Shown: in pieces, positions 23,336 through 34,457 of the stretch | Layout: each line of letters opens with the position of its first letter | Position numbering within the stretch: the first letter of the stretch is position 1 | From: Lingula anatina | Lineage: Eukaryota > Animalia > Brachiopoda | Length of the DNA stretch: 64,000 nucleotides | Direction: 5' to 3' | NCBI GenBank assembly: GCA_051362555.1 | Contig: CM120649.1 | Location: 3,782,001 to 3,846,000 of the forward strand | Notes under the pieces: model-generated | Told to the model about the DNA's origin: nothing | The model's database searches: none | The model's input: the letters and a program-made list of their open reading frames with translations, nothing else | Translations under genes and position numbers: made by a program

Positions 23336-26300
23336 TTTGGTGCCGCGAGCCGGTGTCACGAGTACGGTCCGTTCTGCGTGAACCATCCGTCCTGACTGAT
23401 TGTACACGCAGCAGACGCGTGTATGAGCCGTTCCGTAAATGATCCGTTGTTATTCACCAGTACTGTTATATTCGGCTAGTTCATTTCCTACCACATTATA
23501 CATTTACTATGATGGGGATAAAATTCACGTGTTAATTGATAATTTTGATAGAGAATCAGCGTCAAATTACAGTTCGACTCATAGATGAACCTACCGTGAA
23601 CGGGCCGTCGTTATTCAGCTGCTAGCTACTATTTTTGTATTGATTTTACTAGGCTAGTGTGTTGATATGACCACCTGAGGGAAATCGCAGTAGAGGTGAA
23701 CATCTATAAGATATGAATACTTCTAAAGCTTACGTTTGAATTTGCAGTATGTTCTCAACAGTGTTTGTTTATTAAAAGTTAAGAATGTATTGATGACTCT
23801 ATAGAGACGGACTGTACACGCCGGAAGTATCTCAGATTTGCCAGCGCTTTGTGCGCATGAAGAGAACGGATGGTTCACGGTCCGAGCGGTACACGCCACA
23901 CCGGGAATACATGTATAGCAGGGATACAGTGTCAAGGATTTGCACGCCTTAGCCATGTCTAAATTAAGGAAAACCAGAGCTTCACTTAGAGGATGGGTCG
24001 CTCGTTCCTGTGAACAAATAAGAACACTTTTGGAAGAAGAAGAGGATATTGACACTCTAAAGGACTGTATTGCTGATTTTGAAAAGCGGATTTCCAAGCT
24101 GGATGAGGTTCAGTTGGAAGTAGAATTAGAGTTTGAATCGGACGGTGAGTTGGAAGCAGACCAACGCGAGGCGGCAGCATTCAGGGACACGGCCAAGGGA
24201 TGGTATATAAAGGCCACGAAGAGGGTATCTAGTGAAGCTCCAACTTTCAGTGACCGAACGCGAGAGGTACAGTGATATAAAGCATTGTCCGTACGCTAAG
24301 CTGCCAAAAATAGACTTACCAAAATTCTCAGGCAATGTCTTGGATTGGCCCGTTTTTTTCGATCAATTTTGTGCAGTCATTGACAATAATAAGGACATTT
24401 CCACTATTTCCAAGTTTGCGTATCTGCGCTCTTTGCTAGAGTGAAGGGCCCAGGCCACCATTGCAGGCCTAACACTTACCAAAGACAACTACGAAGTGTC
24501 AAAAAGACTATTAATAGATAGATTTGGAAATAGTGAGAAAATCATTTTCAATCACATCCAGGAAGTATTGAAAATAACTCTGCCATCCAATTCAACCATT
24601 ACTCAGTACTGGAAATTCTACAATGACCTAACAGCACATGTGAGGAGCTTGGAAAATTTAGGAATTCATGGACGACAATATGGAGTTATCCTCACGCCCT
24701 TGGTGATATCAAGGTTACCACAGACCATGAGACTGGAGTGGGCTCGTGACAGTCTGCATCAGGAGAGTGATCTGGAATGGTCCAGAGATTTTTTACACCG
24801 AGAAATTCAACGTATGGAAAGGTCACAGTCATTCACAATGGGAGTTACTACATGTGGTTCAACAGGAAAGTCAAAAACATTGCCATGTACTGCAGCAGCT
24901 TTGCAGACAAGTGTGAACAGTTCAGGTAACTCATGTGCCTATTGCCATCGTACAGGTCACTCTATTGACCACTGATTTGATATTACTACAGTCTCACCTA
25001 ATGAGAGAAAGCGCATGTTACGTCAGATAGGTGCATGTTTTAGATGTTTAGCTGTTAAGAAGGGTCACAATTTTAGTAGGTGTAGGGTTACATGTACTAA
25101 ATGCAATGGTAGCCACAACAAATTACTTTGTGGTGCATTTAAATCAGTCACTGAAGCATGCCCTGTTAGATCCAACTTAGGTGTAGGTCAATGAGATTTA
25201 ACTCCTGGGTCAGGTGGGACTAACCAAGCTACTCATAGGTCAGGTGTAACTAACCATTCACTTTCTGGGAAGGGCAAGGTACTTTTGCAAGTTGTGAAAA
25301 TTCAGATTCAAGGACCCAAGGAGAGTGTTTATGCCAATGTGTTATTTGATACAGGGTCTGATAAAACTTACATTTCCCAAGATTTGGTGTGCAGGGTTTC
25401 ACCTGAATGGGTGGATCGTGAATTTGTTTCTTATAGTTACTTTGGCAATGAGAATTCAACCCAAACTTCATTTAGTGATGTTTACAATGTGGTCTTGAAA
25501 GAAAATCAGTGTGTAATTTTAATCATGGCAACTGGAGTCCCAGTCATTTCAGCACCACTTGCTTGTCCATTAGTACCTCCACATTTTTTAATTCCCTTGA
25601 GGGAGAAGTGGTAAATGTGGAAAATAGTCCCGGGGAGAAGGTGTCAATTGATCTCCTCATTGGCCTGGATTCATATTGGAGATTTTTCACTGGCGAAACC
25701 GTGAAACTTTCACAACATTTGATTGCTCAGAAATCCATTTTTGGTTGGATAGTATCAGGAGTAGTGCCTGGATAGTATTAGGAGAGACCAAAATTCTCCA
25801 CGTTTATTATGGCAATTGGGAGTAGTGCAAAGGGTTTTTCTAGGTAGAGATGGTCTAGTCAGGTCAATTGAGGTCAAAACTAGTAAAGGGTTAATTACCA
25901 GACCAATACAAAAGTTACATGACCTTGAAATTAGTAGTGGGGTAGGTTTAGAATCTTTGCCAGTAGAACCTGAGTTAGATGATCAAGGGGTTAACATTTC
26001 TACAAGAAAGCAACAATTTGACATTGATCATGCGCTTTCTCCCAACAACACAACTGAGACAGAAACTGCTCAATATTCAAGATATGGAAGAAAGATTAAA
26101 AAACCAACTATATTGGACTTATGAACTGTTATGATAAACTGTGACCTAAGTGAACTGTGAATGTTCAATGTGAACTGTGAATATTATTATCATGAACTGG
26201 AATTAAGACAAAGGACTGGACATGGACTTGATAATTGGCACACTATTAACTGTATTGTATTGCTAGTAATAAACTAAGATTTATTATCATTGTATAATTC

Positions 26301-26337
26301 AATGAAATATATGTAATATATTTCAAGGTGGGGAGAA

Positions 26338-26555
26338 TGTCAAATATTGTTGTATGGTTGTGACCAGTTGTGTTAAATTGTGTTAGAGGTGACTGCAGTG
26401 GGTCCCTCTAGTGGTAAAAAAAGGAGTGAAGAGAGTAGTTTGTGGACTCCATGCGGGGTGCAGTTGTGACATGTTTGTTGGCCACACGTGGTTTGAATTT
26501 AATGTAAATTAAAAAATGAACCAGCGCAAGTTTATATTTACTTTTAACTTCAACA
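26338..26555 (+). repeat. 3' LTR of BEL/Pao element
   Basis: tgtcaaatattgttgtatgg...cttttaacttcaaca, preceded by the PPT. It has several indels relative to the 5' LTR. Confidence 0.9.
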
Positions 26556-26658
26556 CAGTGTTTCTATACCGAGACCAGACCCTCTACACGGTTCTCACTG
26601 AACAATTCAACTGTATCGATATTCTGGCATTGCTTATATTCCCCAATCTACATGTGAT

Positions 26659-26910
26659 AGATACAATACGAGTCGCCGAGCTGTACGTGAAATATAACGA
26701 GTGTATTGGCGAGCCGCAGGCGAGACAATACACGAGTAATTTTCACGTACAGCTCGGCGACTAGTGTTGTATCTGGCTTAAACCACGGCCTCTGATTGGT
26801 TACTACACTAGTAGTGCAACAGACCGTGGAACGCACTCGTACATGACGTGCTTGTACGTCGAATACAGCACGGCCGAATCTTTTGTTCTACGTGCTAGCC
26901 GTGGTTTAAG
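26659..26910. mobile_element. Palindromic non-autonomous element (Crypton-like MITE or YR-element terminus)
   Basis: Hairpin arms agatacaatacgagtcgccgagctgtacgtgaaa (26659-26692) and tttcacgtacagctcggcgactagtgttgtatct (26741-26774). Second inverted pair cttaaaccacggc / gccgtggtttaag, plus a ctgattgg motif. Confidence 0.6.
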
Positions 26911-27019
26911 TTAATGATTTGACGTCTATAATGAATATTTTTCACGGTACAGCGTATAGTGAAAAATGATTGTCTTTGCGTTACGTCACAAGCATGTGAC
27001 AGTGCTGAGTAGTAGTCAC

Positions 27020-27489
27020 CCCAGCAGGCATAGTTGCGTTGGATCAACGTTGAAAACAGGTTGATACGTTGAATTGCCGTTGATCTACCTAAATTCAACG
27101 TAAAATCAACGTTGATCCAGCCACGTTAAAACACCGTCATAATGTGACGTTGACTCAACGTTGTATTTTGGTCAATGACACAACCTTGCAGTTATGGATT
27201 GTAATTTAAAATATTAATTATTGAAAACGTGATACTTTGTTTATCAATACTGTAACTAAATTTATCAAAATAATAACAAAATGGTTTTAAAGTAAAAGTG
27301 ACAGTTGTTTTGTGTCTTAAGTTAACTAGTGAATTTTCTTAACTTGTTATTCAGAAATACATTCCAATAAACTGAATTCCTTGCAAGGTCAGCTAACACC
27401 AGGATGAATAAGTTGCTGTAAATGTGAGGGAGTTAACAGTTCTTGGTAACCTGTTATAGATAGACAGGTTAAGATGACTGTGACTTTGT

Positions 27490-27537
<48 letters not shown>

Positions 27538-27784
27538 AACTATATGTATTAATGTAAACCTTGGACATTTTAACTTAACGGCCATACATTTATACCCTAC
27601 ATATATTTAGCCATCAAACATGTCCTGCTAAACACATCCAATCTAATTTCCCGCTGGGTGGGGTTGATATAACATTGTTTTCTGAGGTTAACACAACTTT
27701 CAAATCCAACGTTTATTCAATGTCTTCTCAACGTTATGGTTCAACATTGTTTCAACGATAAAACAACATAATTTGCCCGCTGGG
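27020..27784. mobile_element. Non-autonomous TIR element with CCCAG termini (CMC/EnSpm-like)
   Basis: cccagcaggca...tgcccgctggg termini. Multiple subterminal caacgttg-type repeats at both ends. Confidence 0.65.
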
Positions 27785-30700
27785 CCAGGTGTGACTGTTA
27801 GGTGTACTTTGCAGTAGCACTTCAGTTCTAGCCCGACGGCTTAGAAGTCAGGACACACTAAAATTTTCAAGATGTCTCAAGGCGGGAAGTCGGTTCCTAA
27901 CGGAGGAGAAACTGAATCCCTAAACGACATTATAACCCATAAAGTTAAAAATGCGGTCGTCGCCTCTCAGACAGTTGTGCTATCCAAACTACAGAGCATG
28001 ATTGACGCAGACTCGAATATTAATCAATTCACCGAGTTCATGGACTAAACACAAAAGCTTATTGCTAACATGGAAAACTCAAGGAAGCCTTAAAAAAAGT
28101 GAACGAAACTGGAGATTTCAGCTATACCTAGAGCCATGTATAAGAGAACGGGGTATCGACAGTGTCCAGTAAACAGGCCGGGAAATTGTTTCTCGTGCGG
28201 CACAAGAGGGCATTGAACCAAAGACTGCCCCATCGATGCCAAAAAAAAAAAAAAAAAAAAAAATGAAAAAATGAAACGATAAGTAGACACTGTTATACTC
28301 ACAAAGGAAATTTTGAACCTCTAGATGATGCATGTTTATCGTGTGATAATAAATGTTCAAACAATAGCGAAAGTAAAATATTAGAATGGGATTTTGAGCA
28401 GTTATCCCAAACAGAATGTTTTGCACAGCGAAATTGTATTTTGTCAACAGTAGATAGATTTAAGTCACATTTCAAAATGGGTTGGCACAGAGGCTTATTG
28501 AAAATTTTTTGTATCAGGTTAAAAAAAATTTTTTTTAAGATACACCTGAGAAGATTTTTCTCAAAAACAACAAATCCGCTGTAGAAAACGCTACTTTCGT
28601 ATCCAGCGAAATTAGAGCTTTGTTGGACAAAAGTTGCATATCAGAGGTACATTTCCAACCCCAGGTGACCAACCCTTTCTCCGTCGCTTACGGTAAAACT
28701 CAATTAGTATTAGATTGCAGGCACAGTAATCCCCACCTATTCAAATGAAAATTGAAGTATGAAGATTCCAGCGTACGTAACCAGAGATATATTTAAAAAA
28801 GAGATAAAAAAGGCGGTATATGGCCTACGTGTTTTCATACAAATTGAAATCGGCTTATTTCCACATTTCAGTTTTTCCTGATCGCCTCACCTTTTTAGGA
28901 TTTAGTTTGATCATAGACGGGAAAGGAAATTTAATTTGTTTATAATTCACTTCCATTCGGAACAGACACTTCCGGATTCATATTTTCTAAACTTACAAGG
29001 CATTTTGTCAAATACATCATGTCGAAGGGACACAAAATCGTCATGTGCTCGGATGATGGTTTGGGTGAAGACGCCAATTTTTCTAGCTCTTGTCGGCTCA
29101 GCAATTTAATCGGATAAGAATTGCTTTTTTCGGTTTTGTTCTAGCCGAAGATAAATGCGAATTGGAACCGAAGCAGGTTATTACGAGGCTTAGTTTTGAT
29201 TGAGTTTTTGTTTCGGGCAAATTCAGAATCAGCAGTGAGGGGGTGAAACGTATTATTTCTGTTTCAAGCGACATGCTCGAACGGGCACAGAGAGGCCAAT
29301 TATTGTTAAGCGCGAAGCTTGTTGATAGTTTCGTCGGACAGATAATCAGTTGTAGTTCCATTTTGGGGAATATCGCCAGGTTTGAAAGCAAAATTTTGCT
29401 ATTTTTGTATTGAATTCAAAGCAAGCTAGAAAAGCAAAACAATGAATTCCGTACAGACAATCAAATGGATTTGATTTTGGTTCGAAAATAAAAAAATCAT
29501 GGAACAACAACGGTGCTGATATCAGTCAAGGAAGTGCGTTGATCATTTTGATTTTGATTTATACTCAGACACGTCTGACAGCGGTTATGATGGGTACATG
29601 TTTAACTCGTCTGTATTAGACTCGAACAGCGATATTAAAGCCTTTCATCCAGTATTGAGGTTTTCCAGGTTGTTCAAATTTTCCTGATTCAAGCAGAGAT
29701 TCCGACTTCAAGAGTTTTGCTCAGCATTTTTGGTATCGAGGGTACATAACAAGCCAAATTCGGCTGGGTTTTGCAAAACAATTCTCTCATTTGAAGGAGC
29801 CTCATTGCGAGGAACAGAACTTGGTTGCCACCCGTTTTGTCAGTTCCGAGCGGGTATGCGTTTTTAAGGACATTTTGCGCGTCACATTTGGTTGACGATG
29901 GCCAAATGAATGAGCCTCTGATAGGCAATAACCTCCATGAGAGGAAAAGTAATGAGCTATATTCGTTTTTATTGGATTTGAGTGTGTATGAGGCTTCGAG
30001 GGAACATTGCGCGTCACATTTGGTTGACGAAAACAAAAAGAATGCATTTCTGACAGGCGATAACCTCAATGTGAGGAAAAACAATGAGCTATATCCGTTT
30101 TTATCGGATTGAGTGTGTACCAGGCTTCGAGGGTACATTGCGCGCCCCATTTGGTTGACGATTGCAAAATGAATGATCCTCTGACAGGTAATAACCTCAA
30201 TGTGAGGAAAAACAATGAGCTATATCCGTTTTATCGGATTTGAGTGTTCTAGGCTTCGAGGGTACATTGCGCACCCCATTTGGTTGACGATGGCAAAATG
30301 AATGTGCCTCTGACAAGCAATATTCTCAATGCGAAGAAAAGCAATGAGCTATATCCCTTTTTATCGTATTCGAGTGCGTATGAGGCTTCGAGGGTACATT
30401 GCACGTCACATTTGGTTGACGACGACAAAAAGAATGCGCCTTTGACGAGCGATAACCTCCATTTGAGGAAAAGCACTGGGGTATATCCGTTTTTATCGGA
30501 TTTGAGTACTAATACAGTGTCTAAAGCACAATATGAGCCTTAATTGAATGAAAATTGCACACATATCACAGATAATTTTTCGGTGAGAAAAAGCGCCCTA
30601 CACTTGTCAGTTCATAAGATCGGTTTGGAGCACGCAAAAGGCTAGTAAAATTTCAACATGGAATGTATTAAAATCCATTAACAAAATCATGAATTTCATG

Positions 30701-31400
30701 CCTAGCGAGTTGTCTTCCTGTTCAGTTAAGGTCAACTCTGACAACATGAATGTCACACATATTCTTAATGTGGGAAATAAAAAGAGCAAAATTTACTTCA
30801 TCGCAATTGATATTCATAAATGCTGCAGTAATAAACAGATAGCTATTTTCCCTATACCTGGATACCGAGATTGCTCAGTCATAAAGCCGATTTTTTAGTA
30901 GAATTGTCGACAGAGACGTTTGGAGTATCAACCACAAAGTTTTTCATTTTTTATAATCCCTTTTTCTGTCGTTATGACAGGGGCTTATTTGCCATTCATA
31001 ATAATAAGAAATGCAAACATTTTTGAGAGCATGGTGTCCCGGAACGTCCGGGATAAACATATTCAAATTTGATTGAAAGAAATAATTTTATAGTGCCTCC
31101 TACTGCTTTGATATGTAAAGTTTTGAGAAAATACGTTAAAGATCGGTCAAGAGACACAGTAATTATACCTGGACGGAGATTCTCTCCTTTTTGGTCTTTG
31201 TTGTTCGCATTCGAAGAGCACATAGTTAATTTAAGCGTTTTGCCTAAGGAAAACTTCATTTAAGAGGGAGATAACGCAAGGGCATTTTCAGCCAAAGGCA
31301 TATTAAATTTGGCATGAAAGCGTTAACGTTTTCATTTTAAGCTTATTGAGATTTTTTTTCTCATGAATGTTTTCCCATATTTTGCCAGGCGTGGCTACAG
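27785..31400 (+). mobile_element. Degenerate DIRS/Ngaro-like (tyrosine recombinase class) retrotransposon: gag, RT, RNase H, MTase-like; YR part absent
   Basis: Gag with CCHC CFSCGTRGH*TKDC (~28186). RT NNKSAVENATFVSSEIRALL...VTNPFSVA...LVLDCRH and IVMCSDDGLG. RNase H YSDTSDSGYDGY and VNSDNMNVTHILNVG. MTase-like NNFIVPPTALICKVL...SPFWSLL. Many stops and frameshifts. Confidence 0.78.
29865..30510 (+). repeat. ~132-bp (44-codon) tandem repeat, ~5 copies, inside DIRS-like pol
   Basis: The g(t/c)c(a/c)catttggttgacg core recurs at 29881, 30013, 30144, 30273 and 30405. Confidence 0.9.
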
Positions 31401-31596
31401 ACGCAGTTTTCCATAGTGAATTTGCTGTTTTGCATGCACAGTTTTATCTATGGTTTTTATTGGGCGGCATCTAATTCTTAAGGAGATGTGTTTTACGTAC
31501 AATTTATGCAGTATTGTATGATAATAATTGTATGATAATAATTGTATGATAATAATGATGTAACGGAGTCCAAAGTTAAGTAAACGGTAGAAGATT

Positions 31597-31628
31597 AATA
31601 ATAATAATAATAATAATAATTTATTAAG

Positions 31629-31666
<38 letters not shown>

Positions 31667-31712
31667 TTATTAAGATTGCAACCCAGTGGGTTGAAGTTGT
31701 ACATAGAATGTT

Positions 31713-31760
<48 letters not shown>

Positions 31761-33810
31761 GAGTATAAAATGAATATTTGCATGAATAAAACTGAGTTAA
31801 AAGACTGCAAACTGAACTTTAAAATTATTGTACTTAGGATAAAAGACAGCATAATACTATTGGAAATTTAAAAGTGCATATGGAATAAAAGAGCATCGGA
31901 ATCTGTCTGTCCTAAATTTTGGCACTTTGTATCTATTGTTAGATCTTAAAAGACGATTGGGATGCTCAATTAAGATGTGATTCAATTTGTCAGAGGATTC
32001 AGTCATTTTGTAAAAGAAAGTTTTGCACAGATCTTCCCTTCGTTTTTCTAAAGTGCACATATTTGCCAGGTTCAGGGATTCATCATAGTGTAGGTCAGGG
32101 AAAATAATTTTTAAAGCACGACTTTGGACAGTCTCTAAAAGTTTGCATTGCTCTATAGTTAGTCCTGGATGCCATACAGGGCAGGCATATTCTAGAATTG
32201 AGCGCACTATACTTTGGTAAACTTGGATTAAGTCAGCAGGGCTGAGCTTAGCTCGCTTCAGTTGACGGAGGAAATAGAGTCTTGCACATGCCTTTTTGTA
32301 TATATGATCCACATGAGTACCCCATTTTACGTCATTGCTAATATGGATGCCCAGAAGTTTGAACTGTGTAACCTCACAGATTGGCGTGTCATTTATAACT
32401 ATTGGTGGGAGGTCTGGTTTAGAACGTGTAAAATTTAGGGTCATGGTCTTGGGTTTTTTTTTTGGCATTCAGTTTCATATTGTTATTTTGTGTCCACAGC
32501 ACTATTTCATCACTTGCACTTTGTAAGTGGCATGGACCGTCAATATTACAAATGTCATACACTGTTGTATCGTCAACATATTTGTAGTCTGGACATCTGG
32601 ATTTTAAGTCATCGATCATGATGGCAAAAAGCAGTGGCCCAAGAAGGGTACCCTGGGGTACTCCACCATGTGGGTGTAGCCATTCAGAGAGAGAGCTTTT
32701 ATATTTTACTCTCTGGGAGCGGTTGGATAGGAAGGACTGCACCCACCTGACAAGTGGTTCAGGTACACCCTTGTCATAAAGTTTTCTTAGTAAAATGTTA
32801 TGATCAATGAGATCAAATGCCTTTGAAAAGTCCAGGAAAAGAATTCTGGCATACTTCTTGTGATTTTGAGAGGGTTCAAGACCCTGCATCCAATTGTGAA
32901 TGAGTTCAGTTACTGCATGTGTAGTGGAACTGCCCTTGACTACTCCAAACTGTGTTCTGTCAATATTAATGTATTCGCAAATCCACTTAACAATAAATGA
33001 TTCTAACACTTTACTAAGAACAGGAGTGAGTGATATTGGTCGCAAGTCATTCTCAATAGACATTGGTGGAGAGGATTTAGGAAGAGGGATGACATCTGCT
33101 GATTTCCATACGTCAGGGACGAATCCCTCGCGCAATGAGCTGTTAAAAATGGCGCAAATCGGCTTTGCAAGGAATCCTGCAAAATCCCTCAGCACCCAGT
33201 TTGGGAGCTGGTCTGGGCCGGTGGCCTTGCTAGTGTTGAGGTTCAGTAGGCATTTCTCGACATCGTCTGGGTCTATTGAAAGATGTGCAATGGATTCAGG
33301 TTTGTATTCTGAAGACGGTGGGGCTAATGGAATGAGATTTTGGCTCACTGAGATAAAGAACTTGTTAATTCTACTTGTAAGGGTGTTGATGTCACCACCA
33401 CAGGTTTTATCTGCTAGGGATTGTAGAGAACTCGGCCGATTGTATATTCCAGAGAGTCCCTTTGTGTGATTCCACCATTTCTTTGAACTACAATCTTTCA
33501 AGGCCTCTACCTTTTTCTGATAGTATCTGGCTTTCAGAGAACGGTTCATCCGGTTCACCTTATTCCTTAGAGAGTGGGCTGTTTGCATGTCACCAAGCTT
33601 GAAAGCATTTTGCCTTTTTTTGATGAGTTCCTTGAACTCAACTGATACCCAAGGCTTATCTGAACTGTATTTTGTGATGGTTTTCATGGGAAGGTAGATG
33701 TCAAGAGCGTCCTGGACAGTTTCCGTGAAGTGTTTGAATTGTTCGGCACAATTATTCATCCGGTAAAGAGGTGTCCAATCATGTTGCGTCAGTTCACTAG
33801 CAAAAAGGGC
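31597..33810 (-). mobile_element. 5'-truncated non-LTR retrotransposon (CR1/L2 group, Daphne/Crack-like) with RT domain
   Basis: ORFs 32419-33759 and 31857-32468: KATGPD, DLRPISLTPVLSKVLE, FLDFSKAFD, GVPQGTLLGPLLF, KYVDD, FKLLGI, RSILEYACPVW. One frameshift in a T10 run (32454-32463). The 3' end has a stem-loop caacccactgggttg, AATAAA and an (ATT)n tail. Confidence 0.93.
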
Positions 33811-34243
33811 TTTAATTCAATTTGTCGTAATTGAGTTTGATACTCAAAGGGAATATTCACCATTTATTTTTCTTTTCTTTTCTATAACATAACACAGCAG
33901 AAATACACTCAATGTATTATTTTAATTGTTATAAATTCCAATTCAAAGAAATAAAACCGACTCCCTCCTCCTATCGGCCAGGCTAGTCGGCAAATTAGTA
34001 TTTGCCTTTGTTTTGTGTATGCTATATAGAATAGTAAAGACTCGTTACATAATTGCATGTATCTTGTCATATTGGAGGAAGGCAGGAATAACATTTGCTG
34101 TACATGTACAAGACCAAAAATACAATCCCATGGTACAGCGGTTTTATACTCATTAGTCATATTATAAGCAGACCAGGCATTATAAGTACCCAAGATCTGC
34201 CTAATCTAATTACTCTGATTTAGGGCGTGACACTTCTATTGTC

Positions 34244-34246
<3 letters not shown>

Positions 34247-34283
<37 letters not shown>
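34247..34283. repeat. (TG)n microsatellite
   Basis: Perfect gt run. Confidence 0.95.
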
Positions 34284-34286
<3 letters not shown>

Positions 34287-34457
34287 TACTTATCATAGCA
34301 TATGTGCTTTCCCAAATAATGATGTATTTGTTCATTTTTTCTTTATTTTCAGACGGGACAAACTACATGAATTAGCAACAGTCATCTTGGAATATTTGTC
34401 GAAACGTTGGCTGTGATACTCCAGTCTTTTTTCCACGCAAATTTCCGTCATTAAAAC

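Larger units (their letters stand above)
23083..26555 (+). mobile_element. BEL/Pao LTR retrotransposon, internally deleted (gag-protease-C-terminal tail; RT/RNase H/integrase missing)
   Basis: TG...CA LTRs at 23083-23335 and 26338-26555, with 5-bp TSD CAGTG. PBS tggtgccgcgagccgg (tRNA-His-like) and PPT aaggtggggagaa. Gag LPKIDLPKFSGNVLDWPVFFDQF with three Cys/His knuckles, protease LFDTGSDKTYIS, and C-terminal GRDGLVRSIEVKT...RPIQKLHDLE. Contains stops and frameshifts. Confidence 0.93.
19675..26660 (-). mobile_element. Tc1/mariner (Tc1-type DD34E) transposon fossil split into pieces by nested insertions
   Basis: Minus-strand fragments in order: 26561-26660 (HTH: NARISIQLNCSVRTV*RVWSRYRNTG), 22598-23082 (TTDYEDRQLI...FSDECRF...IMVLGCISINGVGELVVV), and 20258-20640 (NGNMNHQKYIDIL, QQDDN, WPAQSPNANIIENMW, SLPRRLAAIIRSRGYASKY). 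Likely TIR TA|CACACACTGGACAAAAG at 19675. Confidence 0.88.

Noticed and set aside
32900-33469. 189-aa + strand ORF
   Set aside because: Antisense shadow of the LINE RT.
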